Position numbers and translations under genes: made by a program | Notes under the pieces: generated by a model | The model's input: only the letters and a program-made list of their open reading frames with translations | Told to the model about the DNA's origin: nothing | Database searches by the model: none | Assembly: GCF_030684315.1 (NCBI RefSeq) | Contig: NC_081379.1 | Location: 23,032,637 to 23,096,636 of the forward strand | From: Stegostoma tigrinum | Taxonomy: Eukaryota | DNA: 64,000 bases | Direction of reading: 5' to 3' | In this document: in pieces, positions 52,771 through 64,000 of the stretch | Layout: the number at the start of each line of letters is the position of its first letter | Position numbering within the stretch: position 1 is the stretch's first letter

Positions 52771-54181
52771 ATTACATGTGTATTACCTGTACGACATTCA
52801 ATGTTGTATCCACAAACTGAATGTTTTTTAGCTAGTGAATATCGCTGTGCATTATTTGTAGAATGGATCTAACATGGAGGATAATGATTTGCTGTGAGAA
52901 TAATTAGGCCCTACATGTTCCCACCAGTGGTGAGACAAAGAATTAGATGCCAAGGAATACAGAGATATTGAAAGGCTACTGAGATAAGGAAGACAAAGTC
53001 ACTGAAGGACTAAAAACAAGGGCAGACTTTTAAATTTTGAGGTATTGATTCAGTTTTCTACAAAAGTTTACCTTCAAGATACAAGTGAGTGGCATTATAT
53101 TCCTCCAGCTTGTATCTTCAGTTATGTGTTCAGATTAGAAAAGCTAAGATCGATCACTCCAAAGCAGAGAAGATAAAGTGGAGATTTAATAGAGGTGCTC
53201 AATATTATGAAGATTTTGATCAAGCATTGGGAGATACGGTTTCCAATGCCAGGTGGGTCACTAACCAGGGGACACAGAATTAAGATAATTGACAAAAGAA
53301 CAAAATAGTGGATTCGAATTTTTTTAATATATGAGTGTTGGAATCTGGAATCTGACCTTCTCTTACTCCTAACTTACATTAATATTGAATCCACTGTTAG
53401 GGTGGTGGAAGCAGATTCAATAGTAATTTTCAAAGTCAAATTAGATGAATATGTAAAAGAAAGAAAGGACAGAGGGATTAAAACTAATTTTCTAGGTGCT
53501 GCTGACCGCCACTCACAAGGTCCTCACCTCACATTCTCCTCTTTAATGATTTTTTGAAATCTTCTTTTTCAAGCAAAAGAAGAGACCCAACTTGCTTATC
53601 TTTCCAAATATGTGTGCTCTCACATCTCTGGTATCATTCTTGTAATTACTCTTCATTCTCTCCAATGCTTATGATATGGCACCCAGAATTGCACACAGTC
53701 CTCTAAATGTGGTCTAACCAAGAGTCAATACAAGTTTAGCATGATGTCCCTGCTTATCATTTTTTTGTAGCTTTTTATGTTATGGCCTTTCTAATCAGTG
53801 ATTGATGTACTTTTACACTGAGATCTCTTTGTTTCTCTACCCTCCTGGTCTGATTATTCCAGTTTATAGAATAACACACTAGACAGGTCAGACTCTAGAG
53901 ACTTGACACACCAATTTTAGGTATAGCTCATATTTTCCCTTTTAAATTTCTTACCCAACAGATAAGGTTGTAAATGTTTTATTTTGGCAACCTTCTGTAC
54001 ATTCGGCAGACGTGATTCTCTCAGTGTCTCCTCAAGACACATAAACAGGCTAACTGTCTGGCTTTTCTCTGATGTTGACTAATTTGAGGATACTAAAACC
54101 ACTTAATACTTACATCTAAGATAATAAAATGTGAGGCTGGATGAACACAGCAGGCCAAGCAGCATCTCAGGAGCACAAAAG

Positions 54182-54213
54182 CTGACGTTTCGGGCCTAGA
54201 CCCTTCATCAGAG
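54182..54213 (-). ncRNA. Minimal hammerhead ribozyme motif (PLE C inverted arm)
   Basis: Reverse complement ct-CTGATGA-a-gggtctaggccc-GAAA-cGTC-ag. Confidence 0.78.
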
Positions 54214-55285
54214 AGGGGGATGGGGGGAGGGAACTGGAATAAATAGGGAGAGAGGGGGAGGCGGACCGAAGATGGAGAGTAAAGAAGATAGGTGGAGAGG
54301 GTGTAGGTGGGGAGGTAGGGAGGGGATAGGTCAGTCCAGGGAAGACGGACAGGTCAAGGAGGTGGGATGAGGTTAGTAGGTAGCTGGGGGTGCGGCTTGG
54401 GGTGGGAGGAAGGGATGGGTGAGAGGAAGAACCGGTTAGGGAGGCAGAGACAGGTTGGACTGGTTTTGGGATGCAGTGGGTGGGGGGGAAGAGCTGGGCT
54501 GGTTGTGTGGTGCAGTGGGGGGAGGGGATGAACTGGGCTGGTTGAGGGATGCAGTGGGGGAAGGGGAGATTTTGAAACTGGTGAAGTCCACATTGATACC
54601 ATATGGCTGCAGGGTTCCCAGGCGGAATATGAGTTGCTGTTCCTGCAACCTTCGGGTGGCATCATTGTGGCAGTGCAGGAGGCCCATGATGGACATGTCA
54701 TCAAGAGAATGGGAGGGGGAGTGGAAATGGTTTGCGACTGGGAGGTGCAGTTGTTTGTTGCGAACTGAGCGGAGGTGTTCTGCAAAGCGGTCCCCAAGCC
54801 TTTTGTCCATCATGGGCCTCCTGCACTGCCACAATGATGCCACCCGAAGGTTGCAGGAACAGCAACTCATATTCCGCCTGGGAACCCTGCAGCCATATGG
54901 TATCAATGTGGACTTCACCAGTTTCAAAATCTCCCCTTCCCCCACTGCATCCCTCAACCAGCCCAGTTCATCCCCTCCCCCCACTGCACCACACAACCAG
55001 CCCAGCTCTTCCCCCCCACCCACTGCATCCCAAAACCAGTCCAACCTGTCTCTGCCTCCCTAACCGGTTCTTCCTCTCACCCATCCCTTCCTCCCACCCC
55101 AAGCCGCACCCCCAGCTACCTACTAACCTCATCCCACCTCCTTGACCTGTCCGTCTTCCCTGGACTGACCTATCCCCTCCCTACCTCCCCACCTACACCC
55201 TCTCCACCTATCTTCTTTACTCTCCATCTTCGGTCCGCCTCCCCCTCTCTCCCTATTTATTCCAGTTCCCTCCCCCCATCCCCCT

Positions 55286-55317
55286 CTCTGATGAAGGGTC
55301 TAGGCCCGAAACGTCAG
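55286..55317 (+). ncRNA. Minimal hammerhead ribozyme motif (PLE C forward arm)
   Basis: ct-CTGATGA-a-gggtctaggccc-GAAA-cGTC-ag. Confidence 0.78.
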
Positions 55318-56093
55318 CTTTTGTGCTCCTGAGATGCTGCTTGGCCTGCTGTGTTCATCCAGCCTCACATTTTATTATCTTGGAATCTCCAGCATCTGCA
55401 GTTCCCATTATCTCTAATACTTACATCTAGTTCTGTTGGTCTGAAGACTTACACTAACTAAACTGCCCTTCTGCTGGGATGGATTCTTATCTTTTCAGCT
55501 CAACATTCTTGTGGCCCCGTGGCCTGCCCTTCTCTGGTAATTAAAACTCAAGTCAACCAGAAGCAGCAAATACATCTTAAGTCATAAGACTTTTCATAAA
55601 GATTACCTTTACCTCACAATTTGAAATGAAAATTTCTGGCCCTTACGTAAAATAAAAGACCTTCATACCACTGAAATCCAAAATCTTGCTTACCTTTACT
55701 TTAGAGTCCAAGTCCTTAAAATAATGAAAATATATAACGAACTTGTCTTACAATGTATTTTCATCTTCCAAGTAATGTGACCTCCTTGTACTTCTGACCA
55801 AAATGTACATTCTCAGATTTATCTATGTTGTACTTCACTTGCCAATTATTTGCCCATTCTGTAATAATGTAATCCTGTATTTTGTTGCAATTGATTATTT
55901 CCTCCTCAATATATTCCGCTTCCCAGTTTGATTCCATTTACAAATTTAGATATTGTGATTTTGATTTCAAAGCTCATACCATTAATATAAATGGTCAGCA
56001 GTGGTGGCCCCAGCAGTGGTGATCCTTCTGGAACACCACTTACCATTTGCCACTTACCTTGAATAACTGCCTTTTACACCCAGTCTGTACTGC

Positions 56094-56306
56094 AACACTG
56101 GGAATTTTGGGTTTGGGTTTGAACAGCACATTGATGTGGACAGCAAATTTGATCTTAGAATTGGAATTTATGGTCTGGATTTCTATGTGATCATGGGATG
56201 GTCTGGTTTTGGCATTTCTGACAATAATGTAGAAAGGGGACACAAACAAAATTTTCAAGGAAAAATCAATGAGGTGGTTTCAGGAATCCTCCTGCCTGGA
56301 AAATAA
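56094..56306 (+). pseudogene. RPL11: 5'-truncated processed pseudogene of 60S ribosomal protein L11
   Basis: NTGNFGFGFEQHIDVDSKFDLRIGIYGLDFYVIMGWSGFGISD...KEKSMRWFQ...ILLPGK-stop; no introns, frameshifts. Confidence 0.85.
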
Positions 56307-56472
56307 TGTGAAGAGCCCATGTAAAACATACTGTTTCATCTTGTAGTTCTTTTGGAAATCTATTCTTCTGAATGCCTCATTATTTTGTATTACCTGTCTT
56401 CATTCAGTTAAGGATACTATATTAAATTACGTTTGTTGCACGGCAACTACCTGTTCACTCTGTTCCTGCCCC

Positions 56473-56558
56473 AAGGGTCTAGGCCCGAAGCATCAGTTTT
56501 TGTGCTCCTGAGATGCTGCTTGGCCTGCTGTGTTCATCCAGCTTCACACTTTACTATC
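56473..56558 (+). mobile_element. PLE family 1 3'-end fragment starting at hammerhead stem II, tail-less
   Basis: aagggtctaggcccgaagcatcag...gcttcacactttactatc matches 15613-15698. Confidence 0.8.
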
Positions 56559-57149
56559 AATGGATTGGTGAAGATTTTCAATTATGAATTTCAGATAGCC
56601 CTTGAATTGTTATTTATTTTCGCTTCTGTTCTCTTAATCCCATTAATTTTTCATAATACCAATGTTAAGGTGACTGAAGTGTTTTTATCCATCTTCAAGA
56701 ATGATCTCAAACAGTAACATAGTACTAAACCCTTTTCTAACAAATAAGGCATGTCTTTGCAATCTTTTCCCCAGATTCTTTTAAAATGCATGGGTGCAAT
56801 TCTTCCGATGAGTTTTATCCTTTTCGATTCCATCTACTTTGACAGGAATTTGAGCTGGAACATACTGCGTTTATTTCAAAAACGGGTGGCTAACCGTTAT
56901 GTGTAACTGGCGATTTGAAAAAATGTAATTTAGAAGTCGCAAAAATATTCATCAATCTTTGGCAAAATGAAATTTAGCAGTTCACTTTCGTCTATCTGTA
57001 AGACCGATTGTTTGTTGTCTATTAACTTTCACCCATCAGTCAGGATGCTATTTTCTGCTTCAGATGCTTTGGATTTTGTATATGTGTGCTGCTAAAGTGG
57101 TGATAATCTTATCTGTGATTTGTTATTTCAGGAACATGCCCTGAAGCAA

Positions 57150-57544
57150 TTTTCCTTTAGCTCAGGGTTGGGGGCGGGGTCTACAGCCCAGATCACGCAC
57201 GCGCAGCTGCTCTTCCCCCTCCTCCACCTCACCGCCGAATCGAGACTGTTTTCTTTGCGACCAGCGGGAGGTAACCGATTACCGTCAAGGTCTGAATTTG
57301 TGGTACGGAAGCAGTTGGCTTATCTTTTATTTCAGAGAAAGCGAGCGATGCAACCGGACTGTGGAGAGCGACGCGGCGAGAGCCGGGAAAACTCGAGCGG
57401 TGCGGGGAGTGTCTGAGAGTCTGGGTGGCGACGGCGAGTTGAGGAGGGGGAAGCAGGTCCCGGCGGAACGCTCCCCGGGGATTGGGGGCGGTGGAGTGAG
57501 AGAGATTCGTTCCGCGCTGGCAGCGAGCCCAGGCGCCGACAGCC
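57150..57544 (+). promoter_or_regulatory. CpG island promoter and 5' UTR of TBC1D10A
   Basis: CpG-dense; GC box ggggcgggg at ~57171. Confidence 0.7.
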
Positions 57545-57762
57545 ATGAAGAAAAGCCGGGAAGACGATCTGACGAACGCGGCGCTGGAAGCGGCGTCACC
57601 TCCCAGGGGCACTACCGAGAGCCTGGTGGCCGATCCCGACTCCGGCCCGCGGGGAGACCTCAGCTCGATCGGCTCCGACTCCGAGATCAACGGCTTTGTA
57701 AATGGGGACCAGAAGATCGACAAGTATGGCTTTGTCGGCGGTGCTCAGTACACGGGAGACCT
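57545..57762 (+). CDS. TBC1D10A: TBC1 domain family member 10A (EPI64, Rab GAP) exon 1; rest of the gene beyond the window
   Basis: gccATG; ...GTTESL...DLSSIGSDSEINGF...KIDKYGFVGG resembles TBC1D10A N-terminus; donor CT|gtgagt; synteny with SF3A1. Confidence 0.85.
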
Positions 57763-59991
57763 GTGAGTCTGAAGGGATTTTTCTCTTTTCTCCCTTTCCA
57801 GCGCTCGGGCCACGATCCAAGCTTTCCTTCCAACCGCAGAAATCACAGTCGCAGCGCCGAGGCAAAACTGCAGTTCGAAGTTTTACATAACTTTCCTTAG
57901 TTTACTCCCTCCCCTGTGTGGTCCAGCGTCAATGAAGCAAATTCCAAGTCGTCTTCCCCGCCCCCAAAAGCTGTTTAACATTATTTTTGTGTGTGTCTGT
58001 CTGCCTCCCTCGGGCTGCTGTACTTAGTGAGAAAAGTGTGTCTTTTAACGTAACATGTTTTTCCGAATGCGCTGAAGGAATAGGTGCAAAAAGGGCCCAA
58101 AATCTGGTAACTGACTGGATGGTAGAGCAACCAGTAACCCCACCTCTAGGAACCCGAGGGGGAAACTCGAAGGATATCCCTTAAACCATTGGCGTTATAA
58201 ACGTAGCCATTACTGTGGGGGAAAAAAGGGGCTTTTCGAATTTGTAAAAGCTCGAGAAAAATATACCATGTGCAATGATAATGGGAAGTATTAAAGCTTT
58301 TTAAAAGCAGTGAAAATGTAGCAGTGTTTCTCAAAGTAGTTATGGTGATGACGTGGGAATCGTTGGCGTTTTAACAAGCTGGGAAAATACATGTTCCGCC
58401 CAGTCCTTTTTATCTCGTGGGTAGAAAGCTCCCACACGTACGTTTGAAAGTCTGTGTGTGAATATGTTTTACTAAATAACTGACCGTTTTAGCTTTGTAA
58501 TACAGAATCTTGGTTTAGTTTGTAGCTTGTCTTCCTAGAGGACCTTAGGATGAAAGACCAAGATAGTAAAGTTGAAGAATGGGAATTGTGAATTGATATG
58601 TAGGTGGTCTAATCAGGTTTAATATGGTAAGGCTACTCCTAGCTCTTAAAACAAAAGGAAGTAAAATAGAATAGTTTTCTTTAAACAGGACTTGCTGCCT
58701 CAATTCTGAAATCTACTAAAATGTTTGAAAATATAACACTTTTTTTTGAAATTGTAGTCTTGTAAAATTTATTGTATTATGAATTGACTATTGGAAAAAT
58801 GAGTAAATTAGCTGGAGTAATCGATTTTAAGCTGAGTCAATTTTCCTATTATTAAAGGAAACAAACAGGAAACATGGCAATTCACAAGATAACTACGCGT
58901 CTTACTTTACAGCTAATAAAATACTTCTAAAGTGTGGCCACTGTTGTGGCAGTTAACTTTGCACACAGCCACGTGCCACGTTTTAATAAGACAGTCATGG
59001 TTTGCTTCTCTTTTTTTCCTTTTCCTACTCTCTACTGCCAAAAGTTTGTGTCAACTTCTGTTATGTTACAATTTCACCAGTGCTGGTTCCTTTTTGGCCT
59101 TTTCCAAAATGACCGTTCTTGATTTGAATGAAGATGGTGTTCTTTGATCACTACTACTTCTTTTGAAGTGAGAAGTTGATCGCAGTGTATCCTACATCGT
59201 GTACAGTTTCCATCTGTTGGTTTCTGAATCAAATGCAACTGCTTTCCTTAATGTAGAGATATTGTGGATAATAACATATGCCACCTTACCTTGGCAGTGA
59301 GGTCTTTAATATATTTTATTAATCTGGAATTATACCTAATATATAACTGAGATCTCAGACAGGCTAGTGAAAAATGCCTGTTTTGTTAGTTTGGTCCAGA
59401 TTTGATCTTTTATTTTCCTCACTCCCGTGTATTCATATACTTTTGGTTTGAAGGTTGCCCCAAATTGTCGTCAGTATTGAGTTTGCAAATACTTGTAAAT
59501 GACCCTTTCTGAACTTCTGGTCTATTAGCTCTTTGTTTGGGACAATCCATTGGAGCCACACTTGCTATCTGGAACTCGTGGGGTCAGAGACAATGAATAC
59601 AGATTTGTATCCCATGCTATGCTGCTCCATCAGGTCACTAAGGATGCCTGTTAATTTGTTCTCAGTGAATTCTGAACAACAGAAGAAAAGAAAATAGAAT
59701 TATCCATCTTGCTTCAGTCATTAAGAATAGGAATTCTGAAAAGGTTTTTGAAAATGTTATTTAAGGCAGTCAAACTTAAGTGGATAGGCCCACAAAAATA
59801 CTGTAGCTGCAGGACCAAATTAGAAGCAACAATGATGTTGCAAATGAAATATAAAAGTAAATCTTAATTAAGAAATGTACGGTTTTATAAACCCTTGATC
59901 CCCTCATTGAAGGTTGAGTGCATACTTTTGAAGATAATATACTTAAGTAAAAGTTAACTTTGTAGGGCATTAATGTTAACCATAATATTTG

Positions 59992-60324
59992 TAGAATCAC
60001 AATGCCTGCAGTGTGGAAACAGGCCTCTGGCCCAACAGGTCCATGCTGACCCTCCAAAAAGCATCCCACCCAGACCCATCCGCTATCCTATTCCTGTAAC
60101 CCTGCATTTCCCATGGCTAGCACAGCTAATCTACTCCTCAATACTAAGGGCAATTTTAGCATGGCCAATCTACCTAGCCTGGGAGGAAGCTGGAGGACCT
60201 GGCAGAAGCTCATGCAGACACAGGGAGAATGTGCAAACTCCACACACAGGCTGAGGCTGGAAATGAGCCTGGGTCCCTGGCGCAGTGAGGCATCAGTGCT
60301 AACCACTTAATCACTGTGCCGCCC
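59992..60324 (-). mobile_element. HE1-like V-SINE
   Basis: Reverse complement gggcggcacagtg...ggttagcactg...tgtggagtttgcacattctccctgtgtctgc (V-domain) with CR1-like tail. Confidence 0.75.
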
Positions 60325-60384
60325 AATTTTTTTCTCCTTAATATTACACCCATCTTTGTAAATGGGTGGGTCTGCTTTTAACAA

Positions 60385-61520
60385 TTTAGAAAAAAATTGA
60401 GGATGTGAGCCTTTCTCGGAGGACTAGCATTTCTTCCCCATCACTAATTCTCATTGAAAACAGAGAGAGTTAGCATCTTGAGCCACATGAATCCATGTTG
60501 AAGGCACCTACACTGTGCTGTGGGGTAGAGCATACTGAGATTGTCATCCAGTGATAAAGGCATGGCATGTATTTCCATGTTAATGTATAATTTAGAGGGG
60601 AACTTGCTATTGTCTCTGGCTCTGTTCACTTGCCGTTGGGAGTCAGGAGACGAGTCTCTTGCGATCAAATACTAAGTTTCTGACCTTGTCCTGCAGCTAC
60701 AGTATTTGTCCAGTCAATTATGACCTCAGTGTTAGAGACTGTCAGCGCTTGACATTCGTGTTGGTGAATGCTACTTGCCCAAGTCTGATTATTGCCCATG
60801 TCTTAGTACAGGCAGGCATAGACACCTTCACTTCTCTAACAGATTTATTATTGAAACTGTGTACTGCAGTCATTGGTGATTCCATCCTACTCTGATCTTA
60901 TGATGGAGAGCAAGCCATTGAAGAAGCTGAATGATTGGGTTGAAGATGCTGTACTGCAGTACTGTTGCGGTGCAGTATTGCTGACCTGCAGTGATACTCC
61001 TATCACTAAGTATTTAAAGAGGCCGTAGTTTTTTTTTTTGAAAGTGAGCATTGAGGGCTAGGGAGAACTGGCGTGAAAGTTATTGAGGCCTGGGACAGAT
61101 CAGCAATATCTTTTAAGAATGGTCAGGCAGGATTGTGGGGATGAATGCCTATTTCTTGTGATCTGATCCAGTGATGTCCTGGAGCCCCAGGACTCTCTGA
61201 CTGCCGATCGCTAACTTCTGCTAGGTATGACTCTAACGTGCCCAATCCCCATTGATCTCCATTTTATTGGAACTTTTTGGTAGCCATTCTCACCTCATTT
61301 CTAGAATTCAGCTCTGGTCCAAACATGGATGAAGTCTGAAGCCAAGTGGTCTGAGGTGCACCCAAATTGAACATCGATCATAAGGTTTGTGTATATAATT
61401 ACCCCTTGATCACCTTTTGAATGGCATCTTCCGTTGCTTTGTTGATTAGGCTGATGGAATGTACTTTAGATTGTGCAAAAGGTCTGCCACATTTTTTTGT
61501 TTTATGGACAGGACATATTT
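60385..61520 (-). mobile_element. Old CR1/L2-group LINE fragments
   Basis: Patchy similarity to 31845-32440 and to the reverse of 6040-7998. Confidence 0.45.
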
Positions 61521-64000
61521 GGACAATTAAACATGTAACAAGTTATCAATTATTTGTTACCTCAGTCCTCTTAATGACTCCCTCTCCCTAGTATTCTTTG
61601 CCAGGGCTTCATAAATGACTATTTAACAATCTAGGAGAAGAATGCAGATTTGAGTAATATACCTCTGCTGAAAAGATGCTTCATGTCTAATTCATTATCT
61701 AAACCAGATGAATGGAATGATCAAAATTAACTAAGTTTTTGCATGTGATTTTAAAAAAAATCTCCATTTTATATAGGTTTTTGTAGCTATCTCAAAGCAC
61801 TTCTGGCACAGTTGCTTGGAGGTGCTGTTGATTTTTACAATGTTCTGAATTTTGCAGCCCTTTTGCATGCAGCATCTTTCAAGCAGCAGTTACATGAATG
61901 GCCAGGTGATCTGTTTCAGGAGGTATAATTAAGAATATTATTGTTTCTTTCTTTTGGAGATTTCCCTTCCCTGCTCTTTAAAACTAGTAAGGTACCATTC
62001 AATGTCCACATTAATAAGCAACTGAGCATTTCATATGAAAAATGATACCTCTGACAACGTGCTTTACCTTGTATTTCATTGCGATGTCGGCTAATTTGTG
62101 CTTATGTCATGGATGGGAACTTGAGCTAAACCTTTTGAGTCAGTGACTTGAATAACTAGTAAATGTGTCAATGCAATTCACATCAGCGTGTTACTTTAAC
62201 TTTTTTTTAAGCATCTTCTTAAAGTGGTGGATTGTTCAAGCATGTTTTGATTTGTTGAGAGGTCTTTGTAGATAGACAGCAGTTTTTATTGGACAGTCCT
62301 ATTTCAATTACTATTGATGTGTTAATTTCCCAGTCACTGATCTTTCTGTTGACCAGAGTGACAATGTAAACAAAAATAGTGAGCAACTGCATCTGATGAT
62401 CTAAAGGTTATGATGTGCAAATAATGGACTTGAGCCATAGGTGCATTTTATATGTTTGTATAGGAGGCCCAGATTACTGTTGTCCAAAATTTTGGCATTT
62501 ACCCAGCAATTGCGTTTTTTAAAATTGATGGATGAAGACTAAACTAGATGCATTGAATAGGTTAGTTTGACTGTGTTAAAATAGCCACTGTCTTAGAGAT
62601 GTACTATAGCCAAGTGTACAGATAGCACAAAAAATAGTGGCAGGGCAAATGGTGAGCATCTCCACAGGGTGCAGAGGGATATAGGCAGGATTAGCAAGTG
62701 TATGAAAGCTCTGTACATGGAACATAATGTGGGTGCCTGTAACGTTAACCACTGTAGAAGAAGGAGAGTAGCTGAATTTATTTAAATAGATAAAGACTTG
62801 AGCTCCAAAAAGAGAACATAATCTCAACATAAGGTTGCACATATAAAGTGGATGAAGAGGAGATTCTTATGAGGGTAGTGAATCTGTGGAAGGCTGCTGA
62901 GGTCACATCATTAAGTACATTCAAGGCTGAGACAATGTTTTTAATCAGCTCTTTACTCAAAGGTTACAGTGATAATGCAGGAAAGTGAAGTTTGAGGGTT
63001 TTCAGATTTGCCATGATCTTACTGAATTGCAGAGTAGACTCAACGGGCTGAATGTCTTGCTTCTGCTCATGTAGGTGACTTTCGTGACAAAAGTTGATGC
63101 ATGAGTTCTTACGTGGAGCGTCACAGGATTTTCTTCTGGCTGTAGCTAATTTGAGAAAAACGAACTTCCAGTAAATTTTACACCACTATATCCATTAGCT
63201 GTGTATATTGTTAGCTAGGCCAAGAGAAAATGCAGTACCCTGTTGCAAACGGATGCATGTAGCGTGATACTTAAGTATTTAGTAGAGGATTCTATTAAAG
63301 TGTACCTGAAAACATTTTATCTAACAGTAGCAGTTGTAAATTTTCAAGGGCTCACCTATTAATTAAAAGCTTACCCTTAACATTCCTTCCTCTTCAACTG
63401 CTGACTTGGTCCCAATCTTCTGTACCTCAAGAGATTCCAGAACATGTCAGTTCTGTGGATTCTTGTTCTGATCTAAATGCTTTGCTCTTGTTTCTATGCC
63501 AGTGACAGTTCAGATCATTGTGGTAAAGAACCTTCCATGTAATTAACCATGTACTTCATTGTCCTTCCTATATCAAATCACCCATTCAGTGTTTCATTGC
63601 TGTTTGTCTTTTTGTTGTTGAAATCCACATCCATGTCTTTTTCATCCCAGTCTCTCAATTTACTGATGCCTTTTTGCCAGCCTGCCAAGTTTCATCCTCC
63701 TTTAAATACCAATTAATCCATAGTGCAATCAATACTCTATTCTACACAAAGTCCTGTTGACTTGAACCCATACCATTGCAGGTTTCGGTTGGTATCCCCT
63801 CTACGTTGTTCAAAATGACAGGGTACAAATCTTTTCTCTAGCCACATATGCCTGCTTGAAGCTTCTGTTTTCCAAATTTGCCTTTTGCATTTATCCTCAG
63901 AACTACCACCATTTGGCCACTGAAGTCATTTTGAATTCAAACTCTAAGACTTCACAAACCTGTTCATCTTGGTATATTTGCTATACCCCTTAGTTTCACT

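Larger units (their letters stand above)
54119..55414 (+). mobile_element. Penelope-like element C: near-perfect palindrome (arms 54119-54695 and 54804-55380) plus 34-nt tail
   Basis: Mirror ORFs 54436..55044(-) and 54455..55063(+); TSD TAATACTTACATCTA at 54104-54118 and 55415-55429. Confidence 0.93.

Noticed and set aside
54436-55063. Twin 202-aa ORFs on opposite strands as genes, or the palindrome as an assembly artefact
   Set aside because: The ORFs simply mirror the inverted repeat; the perfect TSD, one-sided tail and same design in diverged copies argue against an artefact

Overview
Vertebrate genomic DNA, most likely a cartilaginous fish (inferred from an HE1/V-SINE and the CR1/Penelope repeat landscape). 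It holds the syntenic block CCDC157 (minus strand, 5' end only) <- bidirectional CpG promoter -> SF3A1 (complete, 16 coding exons, 784 aa by my exon arithmetic, with a GC-AG intron 9) -> TBC1D10A (exon 1). Between SF3A1 and TBC1D10A lie two processed ribosomal-protein pseudogenes (RPLP0, RPL11 fragment). Introns are filled with CR1/L2/RTE LINE fragments, tRNA-derived SINEs and one MITE. The most striking content is a set of Penelope-like element (PLE) insertions with GIY-YIG endonuclease and RT remnants. Most are fold-back palindromes with 13-15 bp target-site duplications, a ~34-nt tail on only one arm, and a minimal hammerhead-ribozyme motif (CUGAUGA...GAAACGUC) on each arm. They range from a 577-bp-arm, apparently perfect palindrome down to ~90-230 bp non-coding minis. 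Exon boundaries and TSDs were read by eye; boundaries of old repeats are approximate.
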